DNA of 64,000 nucleotides from Candidatus Omnitrophota bacterium (GTDB taxonomy: Bacteria > Omnitrophota > Omnitrophia > Omnitrophales > Aquincolibacteriaceae), in assembly GCA_022711115.1 (NCBI GenBank), contig JAKLFP010000006.1, forward strand, positions 86,214 through 150,213, given 5' to 3'. A model generated the notes under the pieces. It was not told the DNA's origin and ran no database searches. It worked only from the letters and a program-made list of their open reading frames with translations. This document shows, piece after piece, positions 1-9,726 of the stretch; position 1 is the stretch's first letter, and each line of letters begins with the position of its first letter. The translations under genes and the position numbers were made by a program.

Positions 1-3000
1 TAAAGTGTTTGCGCCCAGTTGTTTTTCCAAACGGTTCATCAAAATATCCATGGGATCCAGAAGAGCGCTTTGATTTTTAACTTTTCCGGCCGTCTCTTTT
101 TCTATTTGGGCTTTCCTTCCCGCCAAGTTAATCGCTTCTTCCAGTCTCTGCAGACCCAGAACAAATTCATCCATACCCGGGAAAATAGGTTGGGCTTTAG
201 CTGCCTCCAGTTTGCTTTTTGATTTTTTCAGATCGTCTTTTGCTAAAGCGCCTTCGACACCTGCCAAGAAACTTTTTAAAATCTCATTCCGCCGCGTCCA
301 TTCCTGTATGTCCTGCCCGTTTCGGACAAATTTTCCGAGTGCTTCAAGTTCTGTTTCTGAAAGAAGCGAAACCATGGCTTCATAAATTCTTCCGGCTTCA
401 TAAAGTTTTTTCTTTTTGGAATCGACATCCTGCAAGGCGCCCCGCTCCTCCATAAGGGCAACCAGCATCTCAAGTTTTTCAAGTACTAGAAGCTCCTTCG
501 CGCTCTGTTCTTTTGATGTCGCGAGAAAAACCTCGGCGATTCGTTCAACGGACGCAAGATATTCCTGAGAAGTGACCCATGGCAAAATCGTTTGCCGAAA
601 ATTTGCGGCAGAAGTTGCCTTTTTTGTTTTCAACATTTGGATCGTTGCGGCAAGCCGCCCCGCCGCGCCGCCATGTCCGCTCAACGCATCCTCCCACGAA
701 GCTTTGAAAAGAGCGCTACGGCCTTCTTTTTCTTCAGAGAAACCTATTTGGATCCACTCATCCGCATTGGGCCATTGGCCGCTTGGATCGAAATATTCTT
801 TGAGAAAATCAAAAAATTTTGTCCGCACAGCGGAAAGCCGGGTTTCCTTCACGGTCCTTTGATCATCCAGGCCCATGCGCTTGAAAAAAGCCACATTAAG
901 CGCGATCAGAAAACGGTTCTTTTCTCCGGCGTCCGGAATGGCATCGAGATAACTCTGCATCTTCTCTGTCGCGGGAACCATATCGTCAAGAACCTTTTTT
1001 AGCGGTGGAAAAAGAGACGTCCCGCTGGAAAAACGGCCGAAATCTTTCTGAGTGATCAGTGCTTGTCTTGGGTTCTCCTGCATAGCAAGGAATAGACCGA
1101 GTACCGGCATATAGATTTCACGCATTTGTTCTGGAATCTCAAAAAGCCTTTGCCTTTCCGGGGGAACCTTGCCGAACTCCTTTTGAAGCCGTTCCAAAAG
1201 ACTTCGCTTGGGACGCGCCGCTTCTGACAAAGATTGGACGGTACGCGCGACCTGTTTATGAGCTTGTATCAAGGGGTAGAGCACTGAACGCAGTTCCGGA
1301 AAATCTTCGCGCAAGGCTTCATAGGCCTGCGCCGAATCTTGCGGGGTGCCCGTTTCAAGGGCTTTACGAAAATCAATCAGCCGTTGGAATTGAGCAAGCC
1401 GCACGTTTAGATCTTCCACGACACTTCTTAATTCACTGCGCGGCGTTTTAGTTTGCACCCATTGAAAAATAGCCTCCACGCTTTGGACAAAAGCATCTTG
1501 TGAACTTAAATCGAAAGACGGCGGGCTGTTCATTCTTTTTATTTCGCTAAGCTCGATAAGCCGGCGAACCTGTCCTTGATAAATCTCAAAAGCCTGGGTT
1601 AATTCCTTTAAAATTTTATTGGCATAATCAGCCGCCGCCAGATTTTTAATCTTTTGTTCGAGACCGGCCAGATTTTTTTGTTTTTCAAATTCACGAACCG
1701 CGCCATGCCAAGTCTTATAAAAAACGGGCGTTTCTCCGGCGTCCGGGGCATACTTCATCATGAAATCGTCCAACCGGTCTCTCAGCACTTCGCCATCGGA
1801 TGTTTTAAAGGCATCATTGGAATCCATTCCAAGAGAGGTCAAGAAGGCCAGATTGAGGGCAACATACAATTCCCTTGCGGTTTCCGGCTTCGCTTGAAAA
1901 CGCTTTAAGATTTCAGAAGATGCCTTCTCGATCCATGGGTTGATAATGCGGAATTTGGAGCGGAATGCATGCATGTCTTGTGGCTGCAACAGGAAAACAA
2001 CTTTTCCGCTTGTTTTATCGAGATAAGTCGCAAGGAGAAGTCCGAGAACAGGAAAAAAGTGATCGGCTATTGAAATGTATTCCGTGAAGAATCCCATCCG
2101 GCCTTCAAGACCGGAATAACTTTTTGCGGGATCCAATCCGAACTCCCGCATCAGATTTTCTTTGGAAGCTAGGGGTTTAAGCGCGCGGCGGATCTGTGTT
2201 TCGGCTTGATGAAATGCTTGCAGGATCTGTTGGGTAGAACCTGCGGGGATCGTTTCCGGAGAGTGGAGTTTAAAAACACGCCGCTCATACTGTAATTCTA
2301 CTTTCATATGGTCATAGGTGGCCTGTTTCTCTTCTTCGGTCCGGGTGATTTGATGTGAATAAGCAACAATGGCCGGGGAGTTTCGCCCATGCTGGCGCGA
2401 CTCCGGAAAAAGACGCCCGTGCAGGGCGACTTCGGTAAGGAGTTTTTTCAGAGTATCAAATTTTTCATCTGTGTTCATCCCTTCATGAAACGCATATTTT
2501 TGAACCTCCGTATCCGCATAGACCATATTGGGAATCTCCTGAATGTCAACGCTGGGAGAACGAAGCGGCGATTCCAAAAACGCTACGATGAGCTCCTTCA
2601 TGAAACTTGCTTTGCTTTCATGGCCATGGGCCTCTGCCGGGGGGTCGACGATAGGCTGGTTGAAAACCAGTTTTAAACGGGGCGGATAATGGATCAAAGG
2701 TGAGAACTCTTTGCCCAGAGGATCCGCCGGAACGGACGGAATAAACTGGATGTCTACCACGTTCTTCAAGGCACGTGCAATTTCATATTCGGAACGTAGC
2801 ACCGGTCGAAAACCAAGATTGAGCATGACCCACAGCAAGATGATATTGGCTGCTCTGGGACTGGGTGGTGTGAAGCGGGGTTTTTCTGACGATGGAAGCG
2901 ATTCCGGAAAAAGATTCAAGAGACGATAGGCGAGAAGTTCATTGTCCCGGAACGCGCTAACAGTCGTGATTTCATTCGGAGGCTTGGGTTTGTCGCCAAG

Positions 3001-6000
3001 AGACGGCACCTTCGGATCGATGTCCGTGTCCAAATTAGCCAGGATCCGCCGAACCTTGAAGGCATCCCGAAGAAGGACCCAGATGGGATGGTTTTGATCT
3101 GCTAAGAGCAAATTATATTTTTTTCTTGCCCCGACAAGAACATGCATTAACTGAACTAGATTTCCGGTCTTTCCTTTCGTAAGATACTCCTGATAGTACA
3201 ATTTTCTGGCCATTTCTTCTGTGGTAAAAAGATTTTTCCCCGCATTGAGCCGTTCCAGATCTTTGAGAACATATTGGAAAAAGATTCTATGTTGTTCTTG
3301 CAATTCAGGAACGTCATGAGGTGAAAGCGCCACACCCGGTCGCGAATCAATATCAAACAAGCTGATATCTTGAAGCAATTTCCGGTACTGCAAGCCTTCC
3401 TGAACCCGATTCAGTTGGTCCATGACATCGGGATTGATCCGAGAAACTTCTTGAGCTTCGACATGACCTTCGGCATCCATACTTAAATAGGAAATACCAT
3501 GGGGCTCCGAAGGAGCTTGGACGGCCATATGAATGCTTTTGTCGGCTCCAAAAACAAACCCGAAAATATGTTCAATGGTATTTTCTTTCGCATTCGACTG
3601 CGTTGTGATTTTAAGCACACCCGCGCCACTGACAGAAAACACATAAAAGTTTTGATCCGGGAAATCACTTCGAATCTCATTTATCCGCCTCTGGAGGGCT
3701 TTGGAATCCATCACGATTTTTCCGTTTGCCGCCGGAGCTTGCGACATTTTCGAAGAGCCTTCCCCGCTGCGCACTTCAGAACGTACAGGACCATCTGCTC
3801 GTGATTTTTCTACAGCCTTTGAAACAGCATAGATGACCGGCTCCCAGCTCACCTGACCCGCTTTATCTTCCAAGATGCTTGTTAGCTGGGTATGGACGTA
3901 ACTGCTTATCGCATTGTAATGAGGCCGGACTTCACCGCTGCGAACTCTTGCAACAAAAAACTCCACCCATTTTTGTCCGGAACCTTCGCCAAAAGCTTTA
4001 TCGATTTTTTCAAAAGAAGAACGCACCTCCGCTCGATGTATAGACCTATGTTTCGGTTGTAAGATTATCGCGGTCGCTCCCCCATCATAGAGTTGCTCAA
4101 TTTTTTTAGACGCATACCATTGGCCTTCAGGGTCGAGATGCTCAAGATATCGGCGATAGCGGTCTTGCAGCATTTGCCTGAAATAGGTATGCCTGCTGAT
4201 GGTGTTATCCCACAATGGAATATCCGCGTCCTTTTCGACAGAGCTTTTTTCCAACAGCAAATGGGATCTTAAACTATTAGCAATCACGGCCGCCTTGGGC
4301 AATTGGGTTAAAGAATGAAGCGACGCTGTGGTGATCCTGACTGCATTATCAAACGGGTCTCCTTCTTCACTCCCCCCCAGCGATAAAACTCCACTATTGA
4401 GAATAAGATCGAATTTTTTCCCATGAAAATATCCTTTCGTATCCATCAGGCGCGCATCACCGTTTCGGGCATCTATTCCATTTTCTCTTTTACCATTCCA
4501 TCCTCCGACCGTAAGGGTCGACATAGCGCCACCGGCTTTTTTCAGAATATCATTGAGGAAATTCTCAAACACTCCGTCCGAGCCAATCTCTAAAATGTTT
4601 TTGATGCCATAATGCCTGAGGAGAAAGAGCAGCCGGTCCTCGGGATCCGATGGAAGCTCACCGTCAAAATCGTGCTCAAGATGATAAAAAATCATTGCTA
4701 AAAGATGCACATAATTGAATCTGGGAAGCTCAAAGCCTTCTTCGCCTTTCTTAATCAGCAAAGCTCTTGCCAAATAGTAATATTTTTTGGTTTTTGAATC
4801 CGGGAATTCTACGTAATTGAGAGGAACGACAGTTTTCGAATCATAGCGTTGTTGCATGTCCGACTGCAGTTTCTGCCATAGAGTAGGTTCAACAATATTG
4901 GGATGCGAAATAATGGACTGGGATTCTTGCTTGTACATCTGTGCCACAACGGTTTTGGATTGATCGAAAATGGGAGTCAACTGACCTTCAAAAGGTAAAG
5001 TTGCATTTCTTATTTCGGAACGATCAAAGGTAAGGCCTTGATTTGCAACAGTGAGACCGTGCTCTTCCAGGACAAGGGGATCAAGTGAACGGAGTAAAGC
5101 GGCAAACGGATGGTCGGCATCACCGACCTCGCGAAGACCTGTATTCAAACCCTCCAAATATTGAGTCCCCATTGCTTCGCTGAGCTGTGACTGAATAGCG
5201 CCTAACCCCATGAGGAGTGTAGGTTGGCGAATCGTTGACCCTGCCAAGACCCGGTCTTTGATCTCATGCGCACGAAGCTTAAGACCGGGTCTTGATTGTT
5301 CGGTCATAAGCTTGAGATAGCACTTGCCGTCGATTTTTTTCGAAATCCTTGGCGTAACGCGTATAAAAGAAATCTGGTGATCCTTGAAATATTGCGAAAG
5401 CCCTTCCGAGTGAAAGCCCCCGGTTACGAGAACCGCGTTTGGTTGATTGAGTGATTTCATCCGCCGCAGCATTTTTTCGAACATAATTTTTTCGCGTGCT
5501 TCCGCCAGCTCATAGAATCGCAAAGCGTCCACTACCCTGTCTTGGACGGTTCCGTTCCCTGGCGGATTATGCTCAGCGTTCAAAAGACGGTTTTGATCGT
5601 TGCCCGCTGACCGTTTTTCTTTGATTGTTCGATATTCTTCCCTGCTTAGTTCCAGAGCAAAGAGCTTCTTCAACAACAAATAATCTTGGTAACGATGGAT
5701 CACTTCTTTTTCAAAAGTTGTCTTCCCGAGCTTCTCCAGAACTTTTTCATTAAGTTGTTCGATTTCCTTAAATAGATCCGTCGCTTGAAGTTCGCTGGAA
5801 AGAATCGCCACGCCTATCCGACGCGTAAGGTTGGGATAATCTTCGAAACGAAAACCTTTCGGGGCAACGATACTATAAAATTCTTCAAAAAAACTTCGGG
5901 ACTCAAGACTCGGGGCTGGGGACTTGACTAAAAACGTTTCAAAACCATCTGCCATGGTGCCCAGTTTATGATCTATGAGCCATTTTTTCAGTTTTTGTAT

Positions 6001-6942
6001 TTCAGATTCAACAAGGGACGAGTTCCGGGCAACAAGTTTCTGTAAATTTTGGATTTTAAAAAATCGAACTAGCATGGGCCATTCAATCTGATGGCGAGTA
6101 TCGTTAAAATCGTGCCCTAAATAATCACGGGCATATTTCTCAAGAAGCGTTAAATGCGAAAGGATATCCTTGCCGGCTTCTTCTTGAAAAATCCAGGCTT
6201 TAAAAAAATCTTTTAGCTCTTTATTCAGAACCTTCGAGCTCTGCACCATAATCTTTCGGCGCATCTCATTCAAAAAACGATCCGTTTCGTTCTTGTGGCC
6301 GTAAACATCTCGAAAGACTTCAAGGTTCTTGCGATAGAGCACTTCGTCTTCAACTCCATAGACCACAGACTGAAGACTGGCGACTGAAACTTTAAAGTCT
6401 TTGGCCTGACGTCTTTGGCCGGCAGTCTGTTTTGAAAGAAACCGCTCCACGCCGCCAACGAACCCGAGTTTCGTCAATGCATCGATATATTTTTGATTCA
6501 GTTTTTCATCTTTGAAAAAAGCAAGTCTTTCCGGTTTTAACTCTCCGAAGCCGCCTTCTAAAAGAATCGTGTCGAACCCGTAACGGTCCTTCAGATGATT
6601 GAGAATGCGTTCTGTCTTGATCTGTGCTTCCTCACTGCCGTGGGCATCTTCGATATGGACAACCAGACTGGAGACTGAAAATGGAAGACCGAAGCGAGAG
6701 GTATTGCCAATTTCGGGTTTATAAATCTCGTTGATGATACCGATTTCGGAAGGAATAGCGATTTGATCGACCAATGAGGAGATGCTAGTCTCTAGTCTCT
6801 GGTCTACAGTCTGTAGTCTTGGAATTGAAAGATCCGCAGGCGCAGCTTGGGTGATGGTGGTGGTGGTGAAAATAAATACAATGATTCCCGCCACCAAGCG
6901 AATAGGAAAAGAGAATCTGGCACTTTTCTCGACGAAGCGCAT
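1..6942 (-). CDS. Giant modular ORF, second copy. Only the 5' portion lies in the window: the ATG is at 6942..6940 and the ORF runs off the left edge, so at least 2,313 codons are in the window. Signal peptide plus TraB/GumN/Tiki-like N-terminal domain, then modules separated by R-S-E-h-R junctions at 5008..5022, 3769..3783 and 1426..1440.
   Basis: No in-frame stop between 6942 and position 1, since no complete long minus ORF is listed there. The N-terminus MRFVEKSARFSFPIRLVAGIIVFIFTTTT is signal-peptide-like. It is paralogous to the N-terminus of ORF 25993..61080 (VHIEDAH, LLEGG and VLVTGGFHSEG motifs). The same RSEIR, RSEVR and RSELR junction peptides occur in frame. Confidence 0.8.
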   Translation of the reverse strand, partial: MRFVEKSARFSFPIRLVAGIIVFIFTTTTITQAAPADLSIPRLQTVDQRLETSISSLVDQIAIPSEIGIINEIYKPEIGNTSRFGLPFSVSSLVVHIEDAHGSEEAQIKTERILNHLKDRYGFDTILLEGGFGELKPERLAFFKDEKLNQKYIDALTKLGFVGGVERFLSKQTAGQRRQAKDFKVSVASLQSVVYGVEDEVLYRKNLEVFRDVYGHKNETDRFLNEMRRKIMVQSSKVLNKELKDFFKAWIFQEEAGKDILSHLTLLEKYARDYLGHDFNDTRHQIEWPMLVRFFKIQNLQKLVARNSSLVESEIQKLKKWLIDHKLGTMADGFETFLVKSPAPSLESRSFFEEFYSIVAPKGFRFEDYPNLTRRIGVAILSSELQATDLFKEIEQLNEKVLEKLGKTTFEKEVIHRYQDYLLLKKLFALELSREEYRTIKEKRSAGNDQNRLLNAEHNPPGNGTVQDRVVDALRFYELAEAREKIMFEKMLRRMKSLNQPNAVLVTGGFHSEGLSQYFKDHQISFIRVTPRISKKIDGKCYLKLMTEQSRPGLKLRAHEIKDRVLAGSTIRQPTLLMGLGAIQSQLSEAMGTQYLEGLNTGLREVGDADHPFAALLRSLDPLVLEEHGLTVANQGLTFDRSEIRNATLPFEGQLTPIFDQSKTVVAQMYKQESQSIISHPNIVEPTLWQKLQSDMQQRYDSKTVVPLNYVEFPDSKTKKYYYLARALLIKKGEEGFELPRFNYVHLLAMIFYHLEHDFDGELPSDPEDRLLFLLRHYGIKNILEIGSDGVFENFLNDILKKAGGAMSTLTVGGWNGKRENGIDARNGDARLMDTKGYFHGKKFDLILNSGVLSLGGSEEGDPFDNAVRITTASLHSLTQLPKAAVIANSLRSHLLLEKSSVEKDADIPLWDNTISRHTYFRQMLQDRYRRYLEHLDPEGQWYASKKIEQLYDGGATAIILQPKHRSIHRAEVRSSFEKIDKAFGEGSGQKWVEFFVARVRSGEVRPHYNAISSYVHTQLTSILEDKAGQVSWEPVIYAVSKAVEKSRADGPVRSEVRSGEGSSKMSQAPAANGKIVMDSKALQRRINEIRSDFPDQNFYVFSVSGAGVLKITTQSNAKENTIEHIFGFVFGADKSIHMAVQAPSEPHGISYLSMDAEGHVEAQEVSRINPDVMDQLNRVQEGLQYRKLLQDISLFDIDSRPGVALSPHDVPELQEQHRIFFQYVLKDLERLNAGKNLFTTEEMARKLYYQEYLTKGKTGNLVQLMHVLVGARKKYNLLLADQNHPIWVLLRDAFKVRRILANLDTDIDPKVPSLGDKPKPPNEITTVSAFRDNELLAYRLLNLFPESLPSSEKPRFTPPSPRAANIILLWVMLNLGFRPVLRSEYEIARALKNVVDIQFIPSVPADPLGKEFSPLIHYPPRLKLVFNQPIVDPPAEAHGHESKASFMKELIVAFLESPLRSPSVDIQEIPNMVYADTEVQKYAFHEGMNTDEKFDTLKKLLTEVALHGRLFPESRQHGRNSPAIVAYSHQITRTEEEKQATYDHMKVELQYERRVFKLHSPETIPAGSTQQILQAFHQAETQIRRALKPLASKENLMREFGLDPAKSYSGLEGRMGFFTEYISIADHFFPVLGLLLATYLDKTSGKVVFLLQPQDMHAFRSKFRIINPWIEKASSEILKRFQAKPETARELYVALNLAFLTSLGMDSNDAFKTSDGEVLRDRLDDFMMKYAPDAGETPVFYKTWHGAVREFEKQKNLAGLEQKIKNLAAADYANKILKELTQAFEIYQGQVRRLIELSEIKRMNSPPSFDLSSQDAFVQSVEAIFQWVQTKTPRSELRSVVEDLNVRLAQFQRLIDFRKALETGTPQDSAQAYEALREDFPELRSVLYPLIQAHKQVARTVQSLSEAARPKRSLLERLQKEFGKVPPERQRLFEIPEQMREIYMPVLGLFLAMQENPRQALITQKDFGRFSSGTSLFPPLKKVLDDMVPATEKMQSYLDAIPDAGEKNRFLIALNVAFFKRMGLDDQRTVKETRLSAVRTKFFDFLKEYFDPSGQWPNADEWIQIGFSEEKEGRSALFKASWEDALSGHGGAAGRLAATIQMLKTKKATSAANFRQTILPWVTSQEYLASVERIAEVFLATSKEQSAKELLVLEKLEMLVALMEERGALQDVDSKKKKLYEAGRIYEAMVSLLSETELEALGKFVRNGQDIQEWTRRNEILKSFLAGVEGALAKDDLKKSKSKLEAAKAQPIFPGMDEFVLGLQRLEEAINLAGRKAQIEKETAGKVKNQSALLDPMDILMNRLEKQLGANTL
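1426..1440 (-). other. Junction motif RSELR in the truncated giant ORF. Ser is encoded by AGT.
   Basis: cgc agt gaa tta aga. This is the only copy using the AGY serine codon family. Confidence 0.85.
3769..3783 (-). other. Junction motif RSEVR in the truncated giant ORF.
   Basis: cgt tct gaa gtg cgc. Confidence 0.85.
5008..5022 (-). other. Junction motif RSEIR in the truncated giant ORF.
   Basis: cgt tcc gaa ata aga, in frame with the ATG at 6942. Confidence 0.85.
5023..6942 (-). other. Module 1 of the truncated giant ORF: signal peptide plus TraB/GumN/Tiki-like domain (640 aa).
   Basis: Motifs VVHIEDAHGSEEAQIKTERILNHL, ILLEGG and AVLVTGGFHSEGL align with the other two paralogs in the window. 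Confidence 0.5.
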
Positions 6943-7442
6943 CTTCTTTTTTGTAACTCCAATGAGGCTTGGTATTTAGAGCATGTAAAAGTTAACACAT
7001 GTTTTTAAGTCTTACAATGGACTTATAAAATTTATTTATAAAATATAACAAGCTTTGGATAAAAAAAACTATCTTAAAATAGCATTATTATTCATAAAAT
7101 CAGCAACCTGCTACCTGGAGTTATTTATGAAATCCTTGTGATTTTTAACAATATTTTTGAGACTTTACGATGATTTTTGTCATGCTATAATGCCTCTTCT
7201 TGAAATTGTAAAGGGGGACCTGAGCCATGCTGCAGATCGGCGAAACCGTTCCTGATTTTGAAATACCATTCATTTAAATGGGAACGAAGTCTTTCCGGCA
7301 GGCTGGCAACCCGATAAAAGGATATTTAGACTTAACCAAGCTTTGGTTAAAAAAATATAAAACCCAGCGATTAATTTCAGGCCATTGCGGTAGAAAACTT
7401 TTTACGGCTGTGTTTTTATCGCTTACAAAATGAGAGGTATTT
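6943..7442. promoter_or_regulatory. AT-rich 500-bp region between the start of giant ORF 2 (minus) and sod (plus). Presumed divergent promoters.
   Basis: Very AT-rich. Contains a TATAAT-like tgctataat at ~7185. Near-palindromic 'ccaagctttgg(a/t)taaaaaaa' occurs twice, at ~7048 and ~7336. Confidence 0.35.
7227..7345 (+). pseudogene. Degraded peroxiredoxin (Bcp/AhpC-like) N-terminal remnant upstream of sod.
   Basis: A good Shine-Dalgarno (aagggggac) precedes an ATG at 7227. The 16-codon ORF MLQIGETVPDFEIPFI* matches the canonical Prx N-terminus M..(V/I)G..(A/V)PDF.LP. After the stop, another frame continues with NGNEVF, resembling Prx D.NG.EVSL, which implies a frameshift and truncation. Confidence 0.3.
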
Positions 7443-8021
7443 ATGCCATTTTCACTTCCTGAACTCCCTTACGCCATGGACGCTCTCGCGCCTCACATCA
7501 GCAAGGAAACCCTCGAATACCATTATGGGAAGCACCATAATGCCTATGTCACGAATCTCAACAAACTTACGGAGGGAAAACCTGCGGCTGGAAAAACCCT
7601 TGAAGAATTGATCAAGACTGCCAAGGGACCTGTTTTCAATAATGCCGCCCAGGTTTGGAACCACACCTTTTATTGGAATTGTTTGAAAGCGAACGGCGGC
7701 GGCATTCCCACCGGGCCGGTAGCCGAAGCCATCAACGCTTCTTTCGGTAGTTTTGAAGAATTTAAAACTCTTTTTACAAATATGTCGGTCGGACTTTTTG
7801 GCTCAGGCTGGACATGGCTTGTCAAAGACAGCGACGGCTCTCTCGGCGTCGAAGCGCTCTCCAATGCCGGAAATCCGCTGACCAATGACCAGAAACCCCT
7901 TCTCACCTGCGATGTCTGGGAACATGCCTATTACATCGATTACCGGAATGAGCGCGCGAAATACGTGGAAACTTTCTGGAATTTGGTGAATTGGGATTTT
8001 GTGAATCAGCAACTCAGCTGA
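7443..8021 (+). CDS. Superoxide dismutase, Fe/Mn family.
   Basis: 192 aa. Has HYGKHH, NHTFYW and DVWEHAYYIDYRN, the canonical Fe/Mn-SOD metal ligands and signature. Preceded by a gagg SD. Confidence 0.93.
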   Translation: MPFSLPELPYAMDALAPHISKETLEYHYGKHHNAYVTNLNKLTEGKPAAGKTLEELIKTAKGPVFNNAAQVWNHTFYWNCLKANGGGIPTGPVAEAINASFGSFEEFKTLFTNMSVGLFGSGWTWLVKDSDGSLGVEALSNAGNPLTNDQKPLLTCDVWEHAYYIDYRNERAKYVETFWNLVNWDFVNQQLS

Positions 8022-8046
8022 GTCTGCAGGCTGAAGACTAGAGACT

Positions 8047-8086
8047 TAAGACTAAAACTGTGAAAAGCTTCAGTTTGTAGTCTTTG
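8047..8086. terminator. Putative bidirectional hairpin terminator between the convergent sod and TPR genes.
   Basis: Inverted repeat AAGACTAAAACTG ... CAGTTTGTAGTCTT followed by T-rich sequence. Confidence 0.35.
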
Positions 8087-8095
8087 GTCTTCCGG

Positions 8096-8662
8096 CTAAT
8101 TGAGCATGGATTCCATACGACTGATCGCTTTCGCCGCCAAAGTGTATTCCGTGTTTTGTTGAAGGGCATGACGATAAGCTTCAAGCGCCTTGCTCCAATC
8201 ACCCTGATGCTCCCAAACTCTTCCCAAGTTATACCACGCATAGAACCGACCGTCATAACGTTCCGCAGTGGTCGCCTTTTCAAGCCAGGGAAGCGCTTCC
8301 TGCCAACGGCCTGTTTCGATCAGATAGGCTCCGATATCGTTATAAGGATTCCCATATTGCGGATCAATCCGAATCGCTCTCTCGCATTCCCTGATGGCAT
8401 CCCCGTAACGGCCTTTGACACTGTAGGCCCATCCTAAAAAGGTATGTGCCTCAGCGGTCGGCTGAGAGGCTATGGATTGGAGATACAATGTGACGGCCTC
8501 GTCGACTTTTCCGGCCATTTGTTTTTCATAACCTTCCTGAAGATAGCGATTTGCGGTTTCTTGAGGGTTCGGGATATCGAAGTTTTCCATATTAAAATCG
8601 CATAAAAGGGTTGGTTTTCTTTTCGTGACCCATCGTTGACTCCTCAGCATCGCCATAGGCAT
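8096..8662 (-). CDS. TPR-repeat protein.
   Basis: 188 aa with repeated W/L/G/Y/A/F/A/P TPR consensus (AYYNLGRVWEHQGDWSKALEAY, AEAHTFLGWAYSVKGRYGDAIRE). The start may be an internal Met, because the 5' end overlaps the MBL gene. Confidence 0.6.
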   Translation of the reverse strand: MPMAMLRSQRWVTKRKPTLLCDFNMENFDIPNPQETANRYLQEGYEKQMAGKVDEAVTLYLQSIASQPTAEAHTFLGWAYSVKGRYGDAIRECERAIRIDPQYGNPYNDIGAYLIETGRWQEALPWLEKATTAERYDGRFYAWYNLGRVWEHQGDWSKALEAYRHALQQNTEYTLAAKAISRMESMLN

Positions 8663-9200
8663 GGCCTGGAAAAACCTTGAGAGTTTCTTTCAAACCGGCT
8701 AGTCGCTTCAAACTTTCCCGCATTTTCAGTTCACTGCCTCCCGGAAGGTCACAACGCCCGCAAGCCCCGACAAAAAGTGTGTCCCCGGTCACCAGCCTAT
8801 CCTCGACAAGAATACATTGAGATCCTTCCGTATGACCCGGCGTGTGTATCAATATCAACTCCACATTGCCGATCTTCAGCAGAAAGCCTTCATAAGTTTC
8901 CAGAAGACGCTCTTTGATATCCTTGAGATGCCTTGCCTCTTTTTCGTGGACATAGACAGGACCCGCTATTTTTTGAATAAGATCGTTGACGCCGTTGCAG
9001 TGATCAAAATGCGTATGCGTCAAGACTCCGGCCACAACCTTCATTCCATCTTTCTCGGCTTCGCTCAAAACCGCATCCACATCCCAGGCCGGATCAACCA
9101 CAACGCATTCTTTTTTGCTTTTGTCCCCGATCAAATAGCAAAAATTCTGCATATAGCCAACCGGTATTTGTTTAAAATAAAGATTGCCGCTGTTACTCAC
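8592..9200 (-). CDS. MBL-fold metallo-hydrolase (glyoxalase II / hydroxyacylglutathione hydrolase-like).
   Basis: 202 aa. THTHFDHCNG is the HxHxDH metallo-beta-lactamase motif, with a downstream GHTEGS motif. Confidence 0.8.
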   Translation of the reverse strand: MSNSGNLYFKQIPVGYMQNFCYLIGDKSKKECVVVDPAWDVDAVLSEAEKDGMKVVAGVLTHTHFDHCNGVNDLIQKIAGPVYVHEKEARHLKDIKERLLETYEGFLLKIGNVELILIHTPGHTEGSQCILVEDRLVTGDTLFVGACGRCDLPGGSELKMRESLKRLAGLKETLKVFPGHAYGDAEESTMGHEKKTNPFMRF

Positions 9201-9684
9201 CGCATGGACACCTTTTCGTCTGGATACGTTCGTAATAAATACTTTCTATCTTAGGCTGGTCGCATAAATTCAAACGGGATTGTTCCGAAAAAGAAAACGG
9301 AAGCGGTGGATAAAAAACATCGCCGTCATAATTCTGATGAATCCGCGTCATATAGACCCCATCAATGAGAGAAAGTGTTTGCATGAAAAGATCCGCTCCC
9401 CCAAGGATAAAAGCCTTTTGTGTTTTGATTTGCCCAAGGGCATCTCCGAGCGTATCGAAGAATTGCGGATTGTCACCTCCTGAGGGAAGAGATTTGCTCA
9501 GAACAAAATTCTGACAATCCGGCAACGGTTTGCCGAGACCTTCATAGGTTTTGCGACCCATGATCACCGTGCTCCCAATGGTCAACTTACTGCGGTGTTC
9601 CCTGTCTTCTGGAAAACACCAAGGTATTTTCTGGTTCTTTCCGATAATATGATTTTGAGCGACCGTCACGATATGAAATAGCAT
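9193..9684 (-). CDS. folA: Dihydrofolate reductase.
   Basis: 163 aa. N-terminus MLFHIVTVAQNHIIGKNQKIPW matches the DHFR signature (I.A...N..IG....LPW). FILGGADLF is the GG motif. Confidence 0.88.
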   Translation of the reverse strand: MLFHIVTVAQNHIIGKNQKIPWCFPEDREHRSKLTIGSTVIMGRKTYEGLGKPLPDCQNFVLSKSLPSGGDNPQFFDTLGDALGQIKTQKAFILGGADLFMQTLSLIDGVYMTRIHQNYDGDVFYPPLPFSFSEQSRLNLCDQPKIESIYYERIQTKRCPCGE

Positions 9685-9726
9685 AAGACCTTCCCTGCAG
9701 CAGCTACCTTAAAGAATTAAAAAGAC

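Noticed and set aside
8592-8662. 70-nt overlap between the TPR gene and the MBL hydrolase gene, as a possible programmed frameshift or fusion.
   Set aside because: It is more simply explained by the TPR protein initiating at an internal Met (MAMLRSQ...). The frames differ, and there is no slippery sequence.
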